From Pseudovirgaria hyperparasitica (Eukaryota), in NCBI GenBank assembly GCA_010093815.1, contig ML996582.1: a DNA stretch of 48,659 nucleotides; one strand, given 5' to 3'. The notes under the pieces are model-generated. The model saw only the letters and a program-made list of their open reading frames with translations, did not search any database and was not told the origin of the DNA. The translations under genes and the position numbers were made by a program. Below are positions 13,393 through 25,618 of this stretch, piece after piece; the stretch's first letter is position 1, and every line of letters starts with the position of its first letter.

Positions 13393-14061
13393 ATGAATAT
13401 CTCAACGCAAAGAACTCATCCATCAGCAAAGCGAGCCGAAGCTCCAGATCCCATAATCCATGGACTGGCTACGAGAGCGACGTCGGACATGAAGCTGAAG
13501 AATATAATGAGCATTGTTGCTGCCGGGAAAGCAACGCAGGACCAGCTTAGGTATTTCCAAGGTCACATCGAGGAGTTGAAAGTGCTGCAGAGTCTAAAGA
13601 CTGAAGAGGAGAGGGGAGGTTCACCAACGTTGTCTGGCCATGACTCGTATGGTGGCATTGCAGACCATGCGACACTCACTTCCTTGAACGGCGAAGATCA
13701 GGATGTTGAAGACGCTCAGGAATCGCCGAGTCCGTCTGATGATGACGCCGATACTGAACTATCTGACCATTCTCTTGGACACCCGAATCATGAATCTGCT
13801 GAAACGGATAAGACTGCGCCACCGAAAGAGCATCTCGTTATTTCCGAATTGGCTCGACGAGCGCAATCAGACATGACTTTCAGACGTCTATTGAAGACTG
13901 TCGCTGCCGGAAAAGCAACGCAGCACCAGCTTGTGTATTTCCAAAATCACATTGATAAGTTAAACCATTTATTTGACGAGACCACCGCCGATACTACCCT
14001 CACTACCATATCGGCGGAGCCTTCATCGTCTTCCATTCCGGGAGGAGTCACACAGAACTGA
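13393..14061 (+). CDS. Hypothetical protein (222 aa from the first ATG) with two copies of a ~45-aa helical module resembling a conserved segment of Pezizomycotina Swc3-like proteins; upstream exons cannot be excluded
   Basis: Repeat 1 is DPIIHGLATRATSDMKLKNIMSIVAAGKATQDQLRYFQGHIEELK. Repeat 2 is HLVISELARRAQSDMTFRRLLKTVAAGKATQHQLVYFQNHIDKLN. An acidic linker separates them, and the copies are also similar at the DNA level. Confidence 0.65.
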   Translation: MNISTQRTHPSAKRAEAPDPIIHGLATRATSDMKLKNIMSIVAAGKATQDQLRYFQGHIEELKVLQSLKTEEERGGSPTLSGHDSYGGIADHATLTSLNGEDQDVEDAQESPSPSDDDADTELSDHSLGHPNHESAETDKTAPPKEHLVISELARRAQSDMTFRRLLKTVAAGKATQHQLVYFQNHIDKLNHLFDETTADTTLTTISAEPSSSSIPGGVTQN

Positions 14062-14590
14062 ACTTCTTCTGAAAGTGTGCAATGTTTACATGAAGATTTC
14101 TGCCGTTGGCGCTCATAGCCAACTTCGAACCTGGTATCTAGGCTAGAGCTGCTCTCACCTGGTATAAAAGATATGGCCATTCACTGACGGTAACATGAGT
14201 CTTTGCAACGACCTTCGCTAAGATCTTTGGGATGATCGAAAGAGGTTTTCCCCTGGCCCGTATAACTCATCTTCTATCAAGCTAGGCTCAGAGTTGGTGG
14301 TCTCAAGGCATTATGGTATGTTTGAGATTCGAGTTGAAGTGCCTCTCTAGGTCGGGTTTACGTGCTGAGCCTGCCTTTCGAGTCTATTTTGCTGCAAGGG
14401 CCCTGTAGCCGACATGATTGTCGGATCTCTAGATCGCTCTAAAGCTCACCAAATATGATATCTCCTCCGAACACGCTCTGTAAAGTGCTTAATCTCTTGA
14501 ATGTTACTTCTATACGACTTCAGGGCACCATAAGTGTAGTAGCGCCGCGATATCACTCACTTGTCAATGGCAGTGCGATAGTGAACACAA

Positions 14591-15808
14591 CTATCGATTC
14601 ACATGAGTTTTAGTCTTCTTTCGGCGCTGCAAAGCACCCAGTCTAGCGCCCCCGTCACCCCAAAGACTCTTCTCTCGCTCTCTCTCACACGCGCATATCC
14701 TCCGTCCCTTGCCCTTCTCCGTCTCTGCGTCAACCTCCCGACAATCGTCGCAGCAAAAGACACCGCCATTTCCGTCGCATTCCTCACAAACAACCAGAAC
14801 CAGATGACATCCGACACCAATACACTTCCCCAGTCTATCATCCCCAACCCCGCACCCTTGACACACCGCTACCGCCTTGCCTTCGCCCTCTCCGATTGCC
14901 CCTCTCCCATCAAACACGTAGTTCCGCCCCTTAAACAAACTCTCCTCCCCTCTCATCCTCCCCGCCTCGACCTCTCCCTTTACCCACGCCTGATATGCCA
15001 CAATCCCGCCATCAAGCGTATACACCGGCACATCCCTCTCCCTCTGCATCACCTCCGCCATCCACCTCGCCCCCTTTTCACACCTCACGCCACCAGTACA
15101 ATACGTCAACACCCCCTCCCTCCCACTCCAGCCCTCATCCCCCAGCACATGCCGCGCCACATACCCAGGCCACTGACTAAACCGCCTCACGCCCGGCCGC
15201 ACCGCACTCTCCCCCTTCCCCGTAACAAAATACCCAATCCGACTCTCATAATGATTCCGCACATCCACAACCCTGACATCCCCGCGTCGGCACATCTCAT
15301 GGAACTCCCTCGGCCTCAGCGGCGTGACACAGCTCCAGTCCGCGGGCGAGTAGTTTGTGATGCCGAGGGGCGTGATCTCGGACGTCACGCGCACGGAGAG
15401 GACCTGCCCAAAGGCACATGCGCAGCCGGGTGTGGGCTTGAAGAAGCGTGCTACTTGCTCGTCGGTGGAGAGGTCTAGGCCGGCGAAGCTCCAGTGCGTG
15501 GTACATGCGGCGATGTACTGGGTGATGGAGGATGTGGGGCCGCCGAGGGTGATGTTGAAGCCTTCGTGCGAGAGGCGGAATTTGCCGGCGATGTTGAGCC
15601 TGGACGCGAGAGTGCGGTGGAATGTGGCGAGAGATTCGGGGTCTTGGGACAATTGGGGGTTCACGGAATCTTGGGGGCTGTTGTGTTGAGATGGTGGGCT
15701 TTGGGGAAGCACGGGGTCGTTTGCAAAGTAGCGGTAGAAGAGCAGGATGGAGCCGCCATTTGTGGACGCCGGACAGGTGCATGTGTATGATATTGGGTCG
15801 GAGGACAT
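14591..15808 (-). CDS. UPF0176/TrhO(YceA)/TSTD2-type rhodanese-domain protein, 405 aa
   Basis: Motifs LLFYRY, GKFRLSHEGFNITLGG, DVRNHYESRIGYF, active loop YCTGGVRCEK, LDGGIVAY, FKGRNYVFDGR, and a Cys-rich C-terminal domain. Confidence 0.9.
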   Translation of the reverse strand: MSSDPISYTCTCPASTNGGSILLFYRYFANDPVLPQSPPSQHNSPQDSVNPQLSQDPESLATFHRTLASRLNIAGKFRLSHEGFNITLGGPTSSITQYIAACTTHWSFAGLDLSTDEQVARFFKPTPGCACAFGQVLSVRVTSEITPLGITNYSPADWSCVTPLRPREFHEMCRRGDVRVVDVRNHYESRIGYFVTGKGESAVRPGVRRFSQWPGYVARHVLGDEGWSGREGVLTYCTGGVRCEKGARWMAEVMQRERDVPVYTLDGGIVAYQAWVKGEVEAGRMRGEESLFKGRNYVFDGRGAIGEGEGKAVAVCQGCGVGDDRLGKCIGVGCHLVLVVCEECDGNGGVFCCDDCREVDAETEKGKGRRICACEREREKSLWGDGGARLGALQRRKKTKTHVNR

Positions 15809-16165
15809 GGGTTCTGGTGTTCTGGGCGGGATTGTAGAAGATAGAGTGATGAAAAGATCCAGTCAGTTGTTATTGTTAGAAGGGAATTCTAGTTGGATAC
15901 ACTGTGGTGGAGCTACCCCACATTCAGCTAGCGTCTTACGCTAATGGTTTAGGCACGTTCTCTGTCTATCAACGTCAGATAGTTAAATTCGTTTGAAAAC
16001 GAGGAGTATTCAGATAGTTTTGTGGACTTCTCATATTTGCCGTCCGCTTGTACGCCATATGCCTGATGGGTTCATAACCTGCCATGTTAACCACTCATCG
16101 CTTCCTCTTTGAACCTTTTATTGAAACTAGCCATTGGTCAATGCACCCATGACTTCCCAACTTCG

Positions 16166-17997
16166 CTACATGTCTTCAGGTTCTTTGGGATCAACTGGCC
16201 GTGATATATCAACATTGAATCCGCCGCCAGCTAGATAGTTTAACCGATCATTGGATCGTCCAATGAATGTTAGGTACGAAGGAAGCTTACGGCGTCTACG
16301 TTTTTCAGGGTCATAGCCCTCCTCCCCATACGTGAAATATTCTCCGGACACGACATCCTCTCCCATAAAGCGCTGGTCGGCAGAATGAAAGAATCCCAGC
16401 TTTGGACCAGGTAGCTTCCGCAGTTCGACGTCATCGGTGAGTGGGAGATGACGGGAGGCGAGATCTCGGAAAGCACGCGAGACACGCAAACAGGCTTCAT
16501 GCGTCTTTGGATCATGGACGTGGCTCAAGATCAGTTGATAAATCTCGTTAGGAAAGACCCCGCTATTGCCTACTCGCGGCTTGAGTGTGAGTAGCTGGGC
16601 TTCCTCGAAGACAAGAGCCAGCATTGCGAATGCTCTTGACGCAGTGACCGGTAGCCCGCGCCACTCCAGACTGATGGTAGACTCATCGCATTTGATCAAA
16701 TCAGCAAATACCATGACGTTCGAATGTTCGATCAACTTTCCGTTGATTTTGGCGAAAGCAATGTGACTGAAGGCGTCATACGCTAAGCCGTAGAAAATAG
16801 TTTTTGCTTTCCCCAGTCCTCTGACAAAAATCTCTTCCATCGCTGAAGTAAGCTCTCCATCGGCACAGAGGTCGTCACTAAAGATGACGAGTACACCCTC
16901 AAGCCAGTAGTGTGATTTTGAAATATTGCCAGGCTGTTGGCCTTCGAGGTAGAATCCTGACAGGGCTTCCGTGGCAAACTCTCGAGCCCTCGACTCTGCA
17001 GTCAGGGGTTTGATCGTCATGTATGGCCCATGTCGTTTGTATGAGACTTCAACATCACGAACAACTCGTAACAAGGCCGGAGAGTGCGTAGCCGTCGTCA
17101 GGAGGAGGAACATGAGCTCATGATAGTTCACGCCGTCTCCGATACATGCCTCTGGAGGACTGATGGGGATTGGACGTCTGGCGGGGACTGGGACCAATGA
17201 GTGATGCTTGTCGATGAGAATATTGAACAAACGCGAAGCCCAAGCAAATACCGGCTTGTGCAGCAATGCGGAAGCCGTCTTGGGCACTACTAATTTAAGC
17301 TGAAGACGGAATGGATTCTCCTGTGGGCTCTTCATCTGCATGATATTACTGGCGCTACATTCTTCAAGTGAAGACTCCGACTCCGGGGCCTTGTGTAGTA
17401 GATCTCGGAGATGCTCAGGCAATTTTCGGTCGTTGCCTAAAGTCATTTCCAGCTCTTCAGCAACCTGGGACCACTTGGTCTGTATATCAAACAGGTCAAA
17501 AGCCACAGGGTCATGCGAGCCATATCCTTGGACGACAAAGCGCTCGTAGTCCAAGTCGAATTCGTAGGTCCATTCTATGCTACAAGAGTATATCAGTGTA
17601 AGCCTGGTCGCTCGGATCTTGCTGCCTACCATATATCCAAGTCGGGCTTCAAATCAGAAGGTATTTCATACAACTTTGCCTCCGCGTCGATGGTAATGTT
17701 GTCTAGGCGCCGACGTTTCCGGCGCTCACGACTATCGTTAGGTATGGCTCTGAACTTCTCAACTATCCTGGACATGTCCTCATACTTGGACCTCATGTTC
17801 TCGAGCCATTTTAGATACGAGTCGCGATCATTTGGGACCTTCTCTGCAAGCTCGGTGCCCAAGACAGTCGGATATGAGTCACTATTACAATAAGTAAATT
17901 ACGTCAGGGGGTAATAAGTGGAACATCCATACAGCCGATTGTAGTAAGTATAGTATATGCCACGGTATCTATAGCTATAGAGACCCCTAGTACCCAT
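16166..17997 (-). CDS. Uncharacterised 'MGTRG...DSYP' family protein with a C-terminal F-box-like motif, ~576 aa. Exons 17997-17933, 17881-17630, 17579-16166
   Basis: Manual splicing of introns 17932-17882 (GTATGG..CTGAC..TAG) and 17629-17580 (GTAGGC..CTGAT..TAG) gives MGTRGLYSYRYRGIYYTYYNRLDSYPTVLG...CIEWTYEFDLDYE in one frame. F-box-like segment FPNEIYQLILSHVHDPKTHEACLRVSRAFRDLA lies near the C-terminus. Confidence 0.8.
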
Positions 17998-20365
17998 TGT
18001 GACGACACAAGGGAGTGCGGAACACCTCGAGTGGGATGGAAGGCCTCAAGAAGACGGACTCCGTTCCAGTTTCGCAAGTGAGTAAAGAGATGCTGGCGTA
18101 TAATATAGAAAACAGTAGTAGCAGTTCGGGCCCTCGCAGTGGTTAGTGCGAGAATATTCAGGCAGCAAGGCGGGTGAATGTGTGATTGTGCAAAGCAGCG
18201 AAAGAAGCTGGATACTGCCTGGGAAAGGAGAGCATGGCATGATATATGATCTTCATGGCTGGAGGGGACATTTGTGCTATTGTCACCATGATGCACTGTG
18301 TTTGGTGTATCTCTTTGTTACCTCGCAGCAAGGTTACCGTCTTTGGATGCTGACAGCTGAGTGGCAAGTTACGCAACAACACCCTGCAACAGCCCATACA
18401 ATTCAATTCTTCACCACTGTGCAACAGACTGTAGGTTTTCCTTTTCCATGCCACGGAGATTCCTTGAGCGTGTCGAGAACGGCGGGCAAGCTGCATTGTT
18501 GACTCAGAACTAGCGGGACCATAACACTCTTTCCATATATTGCATAGAGTATTTTCTGCACTTTGCCAGAGCTCTCGTTTGAGATAGCCTGAGACAATGT
18601 CTATACTGTACCCCGGCAAAATTTTGATGTCTTGACACTGTAGACCAAGCAGAACAAGATCCTCTGACTAGCCTAGCCCTATCATTTCGAAGTCTGCACA
18701 ATGCTACAGCAGCGGACAAAGCCTGTTGGACATCCGCATTCTTCCTTTTTGCTTCTCCCGTCGCTGCTTCCCCCTTTCAGTACAAAAACAGTCCAATGAC
18801 TCGGTAGGACACGATGATTCATACAAACGGCGCCATCGTTGTATTTGGTCTACACCACACAGTGTCAGGTCCATCAAACGTCAAACCAGAAAGGAACAGT
18901 AGAAGTGCTTCATGTTTATACGTGATGCAAGGCCTTTTTACAGTCTTTCTACCAGTGTGTATCTGAAAGATACTCACATGTGTGCTAGGTTGACAGACCA
19001 TAACCCTTTCTTACCCAGTACCCCTTTCACCCCTTTCCTCACCCTCCTCTCCACCACCTCCTCCCGTCCACACCCAAACCCACCACCCAAACAAAAGCGC
19101 AACAAGCCCACCCGATCGTCACTCACAGCCCAGCAAGTCCAAACTACAACATCAATCTCGGCCGCAACCCCATCACAAACACAGTCCTCATCAACAACAC
19201 CAAAAACGCCCCCAGTGAAAAGCACCATGCAACCTCACCATTACCAACACTTCTGTCGAAACCACAACCCGCGTCTCGCCGATAATCACAGTTTCACAGA
19301 CATAACCGCTGGATCCCATACCCGATGCCCCTTCTCCGCGCCCTCGCCGCGCTCAGCCCGCGACTTCCGGACTCGTTGCCTTCTACGATACAAACATGTC
19401 TTCTACCACTCTTCCCTCGCACTCCTCACGCCCAAGCATCTACATTCGCGCCTAGCAGTACATTTGCAACCTGCTATCGAGCCTGGTCGTTGATAGGATG
19501 CTTGTTGGCATGAACGCCCTCCATCGTTACTACCAAATCATCATCATCGCCATCATCGTCATGGTCATGTTCATCGTCGTTACTACTATATACATATTGG
19601 TGTTTAAACGGGAGGTAGGATAGCTGGCTGGCAGATAGGCAGACAGACAGACACGCAGGCGCATATTCGCGTAGACATGGATAGTATGTGAGTCAAGAGC
19701 CTTCTGTGCGTATGAGCCAGGGGTTTTGTTGGAGGGGTATAAATTCTGGAGTCGAATGGGGAGATGAGATTCAGGGCTATTTGAGGCGTGTAGTGGGAGG
19801 CAGAGTAGGCGGATGTGGAGAAAGGTATATGAGCGGAGTAGAAATATATGTTTCATGTGAAGATGGATGGAGGAAGATGTAGGAAGGGGGGGTCCGGGAT
19901 TTTTGGGGGCAGTGCACAGGGGACAAGTACGAGTGAGCTGGAATACGTATATATAACCTCACTATGAGCAGTAAAGTACCTTCTTGCTCTGCTCTGTGCG
20001 TTTTCGATTGATATCACCTAGCAATTCAAGGTCCCCTTACCCGTTCTCTACACACTGTAACGTGTTAGCCAAGTGATCTACACCACAGGTCGTAAGAGTA
20101 TCAGCACGGCCATTCAAGTACTTTGGTGTTTTGATCCTGCAGTTCGTCTGCGACGCGGTTGCATGGAAGCATTACTTCGTTTTTCTATACAGATTTTGTA
20201 TCTGAAGTCTATCAGCCGCGATTGGCACATTGACCTAACATGTCCGCAGTCCAGGGAGACAGACACGTCATGAATATCTCGAGCGGATCACCAACCACAT
20301 CTACGCGTTGCTCATTGATTGTCTCATACATTATGATTCCCCGGGCGATGGATAGTGAATTCCAT

Positions 20366-23300
20366 TCATGAAAGATCGAACCCGGCTCCCGCACTGACTG
20401 CGTACAGCAGCTTTTCCCTCAACACCTCGAAGCTCGAGTACATCGGCAGCTTCAGTAGATTGACGCACGTGCTCGACGTCGGCAGTCTCACCTCGTCCCG
20501 GCCACTGTCTCTGATCGTGAACGGAGGGTTCAATTGCCCGAAGCCCAACAGCGGAGCTCGTGGTGTGCTGGTGACGAACTTGATCACCGCACGCTTGTCC
20601 TGCTCGTCTAAGCTTTCCATGACGCGCCAGAAATGTTGAATGGTTGGGTGTTCAAGCCCATCGGTGCCGATCTGATAGACACCAGAGTAGGATATATTCC
20701 TTCGCAGGTCGTTGAGGTCGAGTGGGGCAGTGGTGCCCGAAAGTAGAGTCTGAACTTCGTTCTGGTTGAACATGCGCAGCCATTGAGGCTTGATCATGCT
20801 CGACAGCCCGCGGAGGAAAGCGTTCGTCTGCCGACTGGGCTGGAGGACAAGGCGGTGACGAGCTGTGGCGAAGACGTAGAAAAGACGGTTTTCCGATGTA
20901 ACTTTGACATTTGCGCCATCGGGCCGAAGGGGCCGGCTGATGTTGCGCACCTCTCCAGTATCTAAGTTCTTTGCAGTGTCAATCGTCGTGAAGTCAATAT
21001 TATAGTCGGACTCAACATCGCCGCCGTAGTTCTTGAGGCTCAGGAGACCCCGGTAGAGGTCTTCATCGTAATAGCGGAGGTCGTCGAGGGTGGCACGAAA
21101 GCCGGATTCTTTCAGTGGAGCACCCGTCTCGTCGCAGAGAGACCACTTTTGAAGGAAGAATGGTGCAAAGTTCAAGTCGACAAGGATTTCCTCGTAGAGG
21201 CATTTCCCTATAACTCTGCCAACAAATTCAAACTTCTTTAACGTTTCATCCACCTGCCTCGGCTCGTATGGGTATGTCTCCTTGATATCATCGATAGCAG
21301 AGGGGTTCGGGTAGATCAGGTTCTGCTCATTCTCAACAAACATATCCAAGGACTCGTACTTTTCAATCTGGGTGGCCAAAGACGTGAGGAACTCTTTAGT
21401 GACTCCGCCACCGTCGATACCAGCTTCAACTGTACCAAAACTGTCAAGGAAGACGATCTGAATAGGCTCTTTTAGCGAATCACCGATCTGGTAAAATTGC
21501 TCAAAAGCATCCTTCATTTCGTGCCCGCGCCTGATACTCGCCCTTTGTCGCTCAAGTAGGCTTGCGCCATTTGCATGAGAATGAACAGCATGGCGCCAAT
21601 ATTCTGCCTCTTCATGTCCAAATCTGCGGAGCACCTGCAGGAATAATGTTAGCTTTTGTAGCTGGAAACCGTGTCAATAGCATACCTTATCTGTCTTGAC
21701 GAATTCCCGGAAAAGGTGCACACGCTTCATGAAAGGTATCGTGTATGGCATATTCTCCATGACGTCGAAGCGCGGCCTCAGGAACAGCCGCTGCCGTTCG
21801 CTGAACGCACGATTCTGCTGTCTCCGAAGCGAGTCCTGCTGCGCGAGGCGTTGAGCCCGCCCGGTTCCAATGATACGATTGGGACTCCCGCTTTCCTGAG
21901 ATGGAGATGCGGGACGATCTTCCATTTCTGTGTCGCCTCCATTGGCTTCATCCTTGGTCGCATTTTCCACTTCCATTTGGATGAGCGATTTGAACAATTC
22001 ATCCGTAGTGAATATCCCGTTAAATCGATCGTTCATCAACCAGTGATCCTTGGGGAGAAACGCTCTCCGCGAGTCGCGCTCGTATATCATGCGTAGCAAG
22101 CCCGTAACGAGGGTAGTCATGTATGTTAAGCTTGCCCCAGTCGGACCACTTGGACCTATCAGCGACGATTCATCAGCAGCAGAAATATCTTGTGGCATCT
22201 TGAACAGATCCGCAATTGACCTAGGCCCGGATGGACGACCAGAATTCGAGTCTAGCCTCGTGGCGTCTAGATAGAGCGACAGTCCGAGGTTCTTCAAAAA
22301 TGTCACGAGATCTTGCACATCGACCAAAGGCAGAGCACTGGCCCGTGTATGAGACAGACCAAGTACATCTTCACCGGTATTCGAATCTGCAGTAGAAAAG
22401 AATTCATCGTCATTCATCACCTTCAACACGAACGTGTAGAGCTCCAGAAACATCAAAATCACCCGCCAATCACTCTCAGCAGTGGGCGGAATCTGGTGAA
22501 ACTCGCCAAAAAACTTGGCATCAAGTACAATGTATTTGATCGACTGTCTGTCATTCCGGACCTGCGCAAAGGTCTCGGTATGTTTAGCGGCATTCCAGAA
22601 AAATTGTATAGCGGATTGTCCTGCGCTTGACCCGTGTGATGTCTGAGAGGGACCAAGAAACAGCCACATCCGCATCTGATCGGCTTCTGAGGGGAAGTTT
22701 CTGACCAGAGTCAAAGCAAAGTTTGCATACAATGTGGCTCTCGCGACCGACGGCCGCTGAAACTTGACAGTCTCCTGAGCATTCGAAGTCAGGTTCCGCA
22801 GACTGGTCTCGTCCACCAGTTTATGAACTTGATCGAATAAGAACTGTGTATTCTGTGCGTATTTCGACGATCGTGGGTCTACCATGAGGGAGAGATCTGG
22901 GATGGATGGAAGAAGGCGTGTTACCACGTCTATAAAGTTACTATCAGTTGAGTAGTCTCCGAGGTCGTCATTGCCTGTGCCTTCCGAAGCTCTTCGTGAT
23001 CGGCTTTTCACATAGATGAACATTCCTAGCAATCTGTAGTTTGCATCCTTGATGCTATCAATCTCCGAGGGCCCAACAGTACTTGCGCTCGTTGCATCGG
23101 CCCTTTGACCACTTCTTATGGCTACGACAAGCTGCCCGTAGTCGAGAGAGTCTGCGAGTCGGGCCACGAAGTCTTCGAATGTGCTGAACCAGCCAGAAAA
23201 TGTTGATGTTGTCTTAGAATCTGATATTACCCTGATTTTAGATGCGTCTAAGCTGTCTGTAAGCCCACGATGTATAAATAGTCTGTTTGAAAGCCATTTG

Positions 23301-24088
23301 TATGCTTCGGAGAGCTTGGCACCTGAGTTCAAGCGTAGAGGAAGTTTCACGGCATCCAAAATTTTGTTGGCTAGCTCTTCCTGCCTACTATTGCCAGATG
23401 TGGGGAGACAAACAGATGCTTTCAAGTGATCGATCACAAGCGAAATCGATTCGAAGTAACTGGCCCCGTTATTTGCAGACGCCCCAGGAATCTGGTTTGA
23501 TACTTCTGAGAGGGCGCCAAGAAGCTCAGCGACTGTATGACTGTCTTGTGGTATTGCTTCGGGTTGCACAGATTGGGTTTGGGTACATCTATGATTTATG
23601 GCAGCGAGAATCTTGTTTTGGAGCCGCAGAAGAGCATGGGTGTATCGTGTTGGGGTGTCCAACATGTGGTACCTGACGGTGACATCAAAGCGGTGGCAGA
23701 AGGATATTATCAAGGCCTGATCAGCATGACTGGAAGGCTCAAAGAAGAACAACAGCCTCCTCAGTTGTAGTAGAGCCTCATCTTGGCTTTCATATGCGAG
23801 TACTGTCTTCGTGATCTTCTTTTGAGTGCCTAGTTCTTGATCCATAAACTCTTGTCGCATCTGCTGTGCAGCTTCAGATCTAGACATGTGGCCACGCCAT
23901 ATCCGTTGTGCTCTTCTCGTGCCGCTTTCCAGAGCTTGTTGGTACTGCCTCTCCGCGCGCTCTTCTTGCAACTTCGCTGCCGTTGCTTGTGGACCTACGC
24001 GGGAGCCAAAGGGATTCGCATTTGGTGACCGGCCCGACAGATTTACCTGCCTTTGTCGGCGGGAAGACCCTGTGAAAGTTTTGTGCAT
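20366..24088 (-). CDS. HECT E3 ubiquitin ligase, UBE3B/UBE3C/Hul5-like (IQ-like motif plus HECT), ~1223 aa. Exons 24088-21686 and 21634-20366
   Basis: N-terminus FTGSSRRQRQVNLSG and IQ-like AQRIWRG. Intron 21685-21635 (GTATGC..GCTAAC..CAG). HECT motifs EAGIDGGGVTKEF, KFVTSTPRAPLLGF, catalytic RLPTSSTCVNLLKLP and terminal GAGFDLS. Confidence 0.95.
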
Positions 24089-25618
24089 CCTCTCACAGAA
24101 GGCCTTCAGGCCTCAGTATGTTCGGCGGGGGCAACGCTTCGACTTCTAATGGGTCAAGTTTCTTGGAGATAGCTAGGTCTAGCTCTTGCACAGATGATGT
24201 AGGTCCAAACTTGGGTCGGAGGTAGTCTTAGGACGGGACTGGGTATCGAGACCGCTGGCAGTGTTTGCGTATGAGGGGATTCAAGTGAGAGCGGAGTTAT
24301 GGTATAGCCCCGCTAAGGGTCTAAGGAAAGTTCTAGAGTGAAATACTATACAAGAGAGAAAAGATCGCTGCTACTCAGATGCGGTAAGAAATTGAACAAT
24401 TGAAAGACAGGAAGGTGAGCCGTAGGATGTACGTGCGAGAGTGATAGGCAAGCAACAGGGTGAGTAATGGGATCTGTTCGCCATCGCGGTCCGCAACCTT
24501 GTCCTCTTGTCCTTCTATCGTCACTGGCTGACTGGGCTTGAGCTAGTTGGGACTAGCCCATTTCAGCCTTACGCCTTCATAAACGACACACGACCGACCT
24601 CAACTGTTATATTTTGCAACAGATGCTGCTTGTAACAGTTCGATGGTGCTTCATAGGCTTATTTATGATTCTTCGAAACCATATACGGGCCTGAGCTGCG
24701 GTGATAGTCCACGCTGAAACACGAATCATCGAGAGCTGGTAAAAGCGAAGGAAATGTCCAGAATCTTATTATACCTCTCCCTCTAAGTAAGATTTTAAAC
24801 TTGCCTTTATAATATATTGTTAGACGTATTCTAGAAGTAGAAACTTAGCACGAGGCCAGTAACAATCCAGGGATTAACATAACACGCAAACAAAAAGCGC
24901 ATACATATCAAAAACCAAGCAGTAGCGGCCAAATGAGCAAAACAACAAAAACTACAACCCTTCAGGCTTGAACCCTGGGTATTATGTAGAAAATCGCTGG
25001 TACGATTTTTTTGATAGATCCTAATATTCTGCGCGTTGTTGACTTTACGCCATAAGTGCCGCTGACTGAAATTCTGTCAAATTCACCCAAATATAAATGG
25101 TCGAAATTAGAAAAAAATGGTTTCGAAACATAACAGGACACAGACATGTTCCACGTTAGAGTGTCCCAGTGGACGACTAGTCTGACGATAGTATAACAAG
25201 CAGTCATGGAAGTGGCAAGTCGTGAGCCGAGGATTCATTCTTTGGTTTCGCTTCACTTTGTCTGTTCCCTGCGAAGCTCACATTAGTGAATAGCAGAGCC
25301 AAGCTTTCTCTGTGTACGTCATATTGTTCTACCTCATTTGCATGGACTGGTTGCTCATACAAGGAATGCAGCCTTGGGTTTCTGGAGCTCAAGTGTCAGT
25401 TTGACCGGCGAAGTGGCGTTCTTCTAAGTTCAAGAATGTGGCACACATGTCTTTGTTTTAGCCCTTGCTGCCTTGGTTGAGAACAGCCTAACACGTATAA
25501 ACAGGTAAGAGAGAGAACGTAACATCCGCACATCTTGCCCATCTATCTCTTCACCTTAGTCTTCAAAAAGATCTCGTTCTCTTACACAGTTTGAAGGCTG
25601 TTGCCACTTACATGCGAT

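Noticed and set aside
14603..15478. 291-aa + strand ORF antisense to the rhodanese gene
   Set aside because: P/H/L-rich shadow ORF. The extreme C skew suppresses stop codons, and there are no motifs.
18912..19493. 193-aa T/P/S-rich ORF
   Set aside because: Composition follows the C/A skew. No motif or consistent splice model was found.
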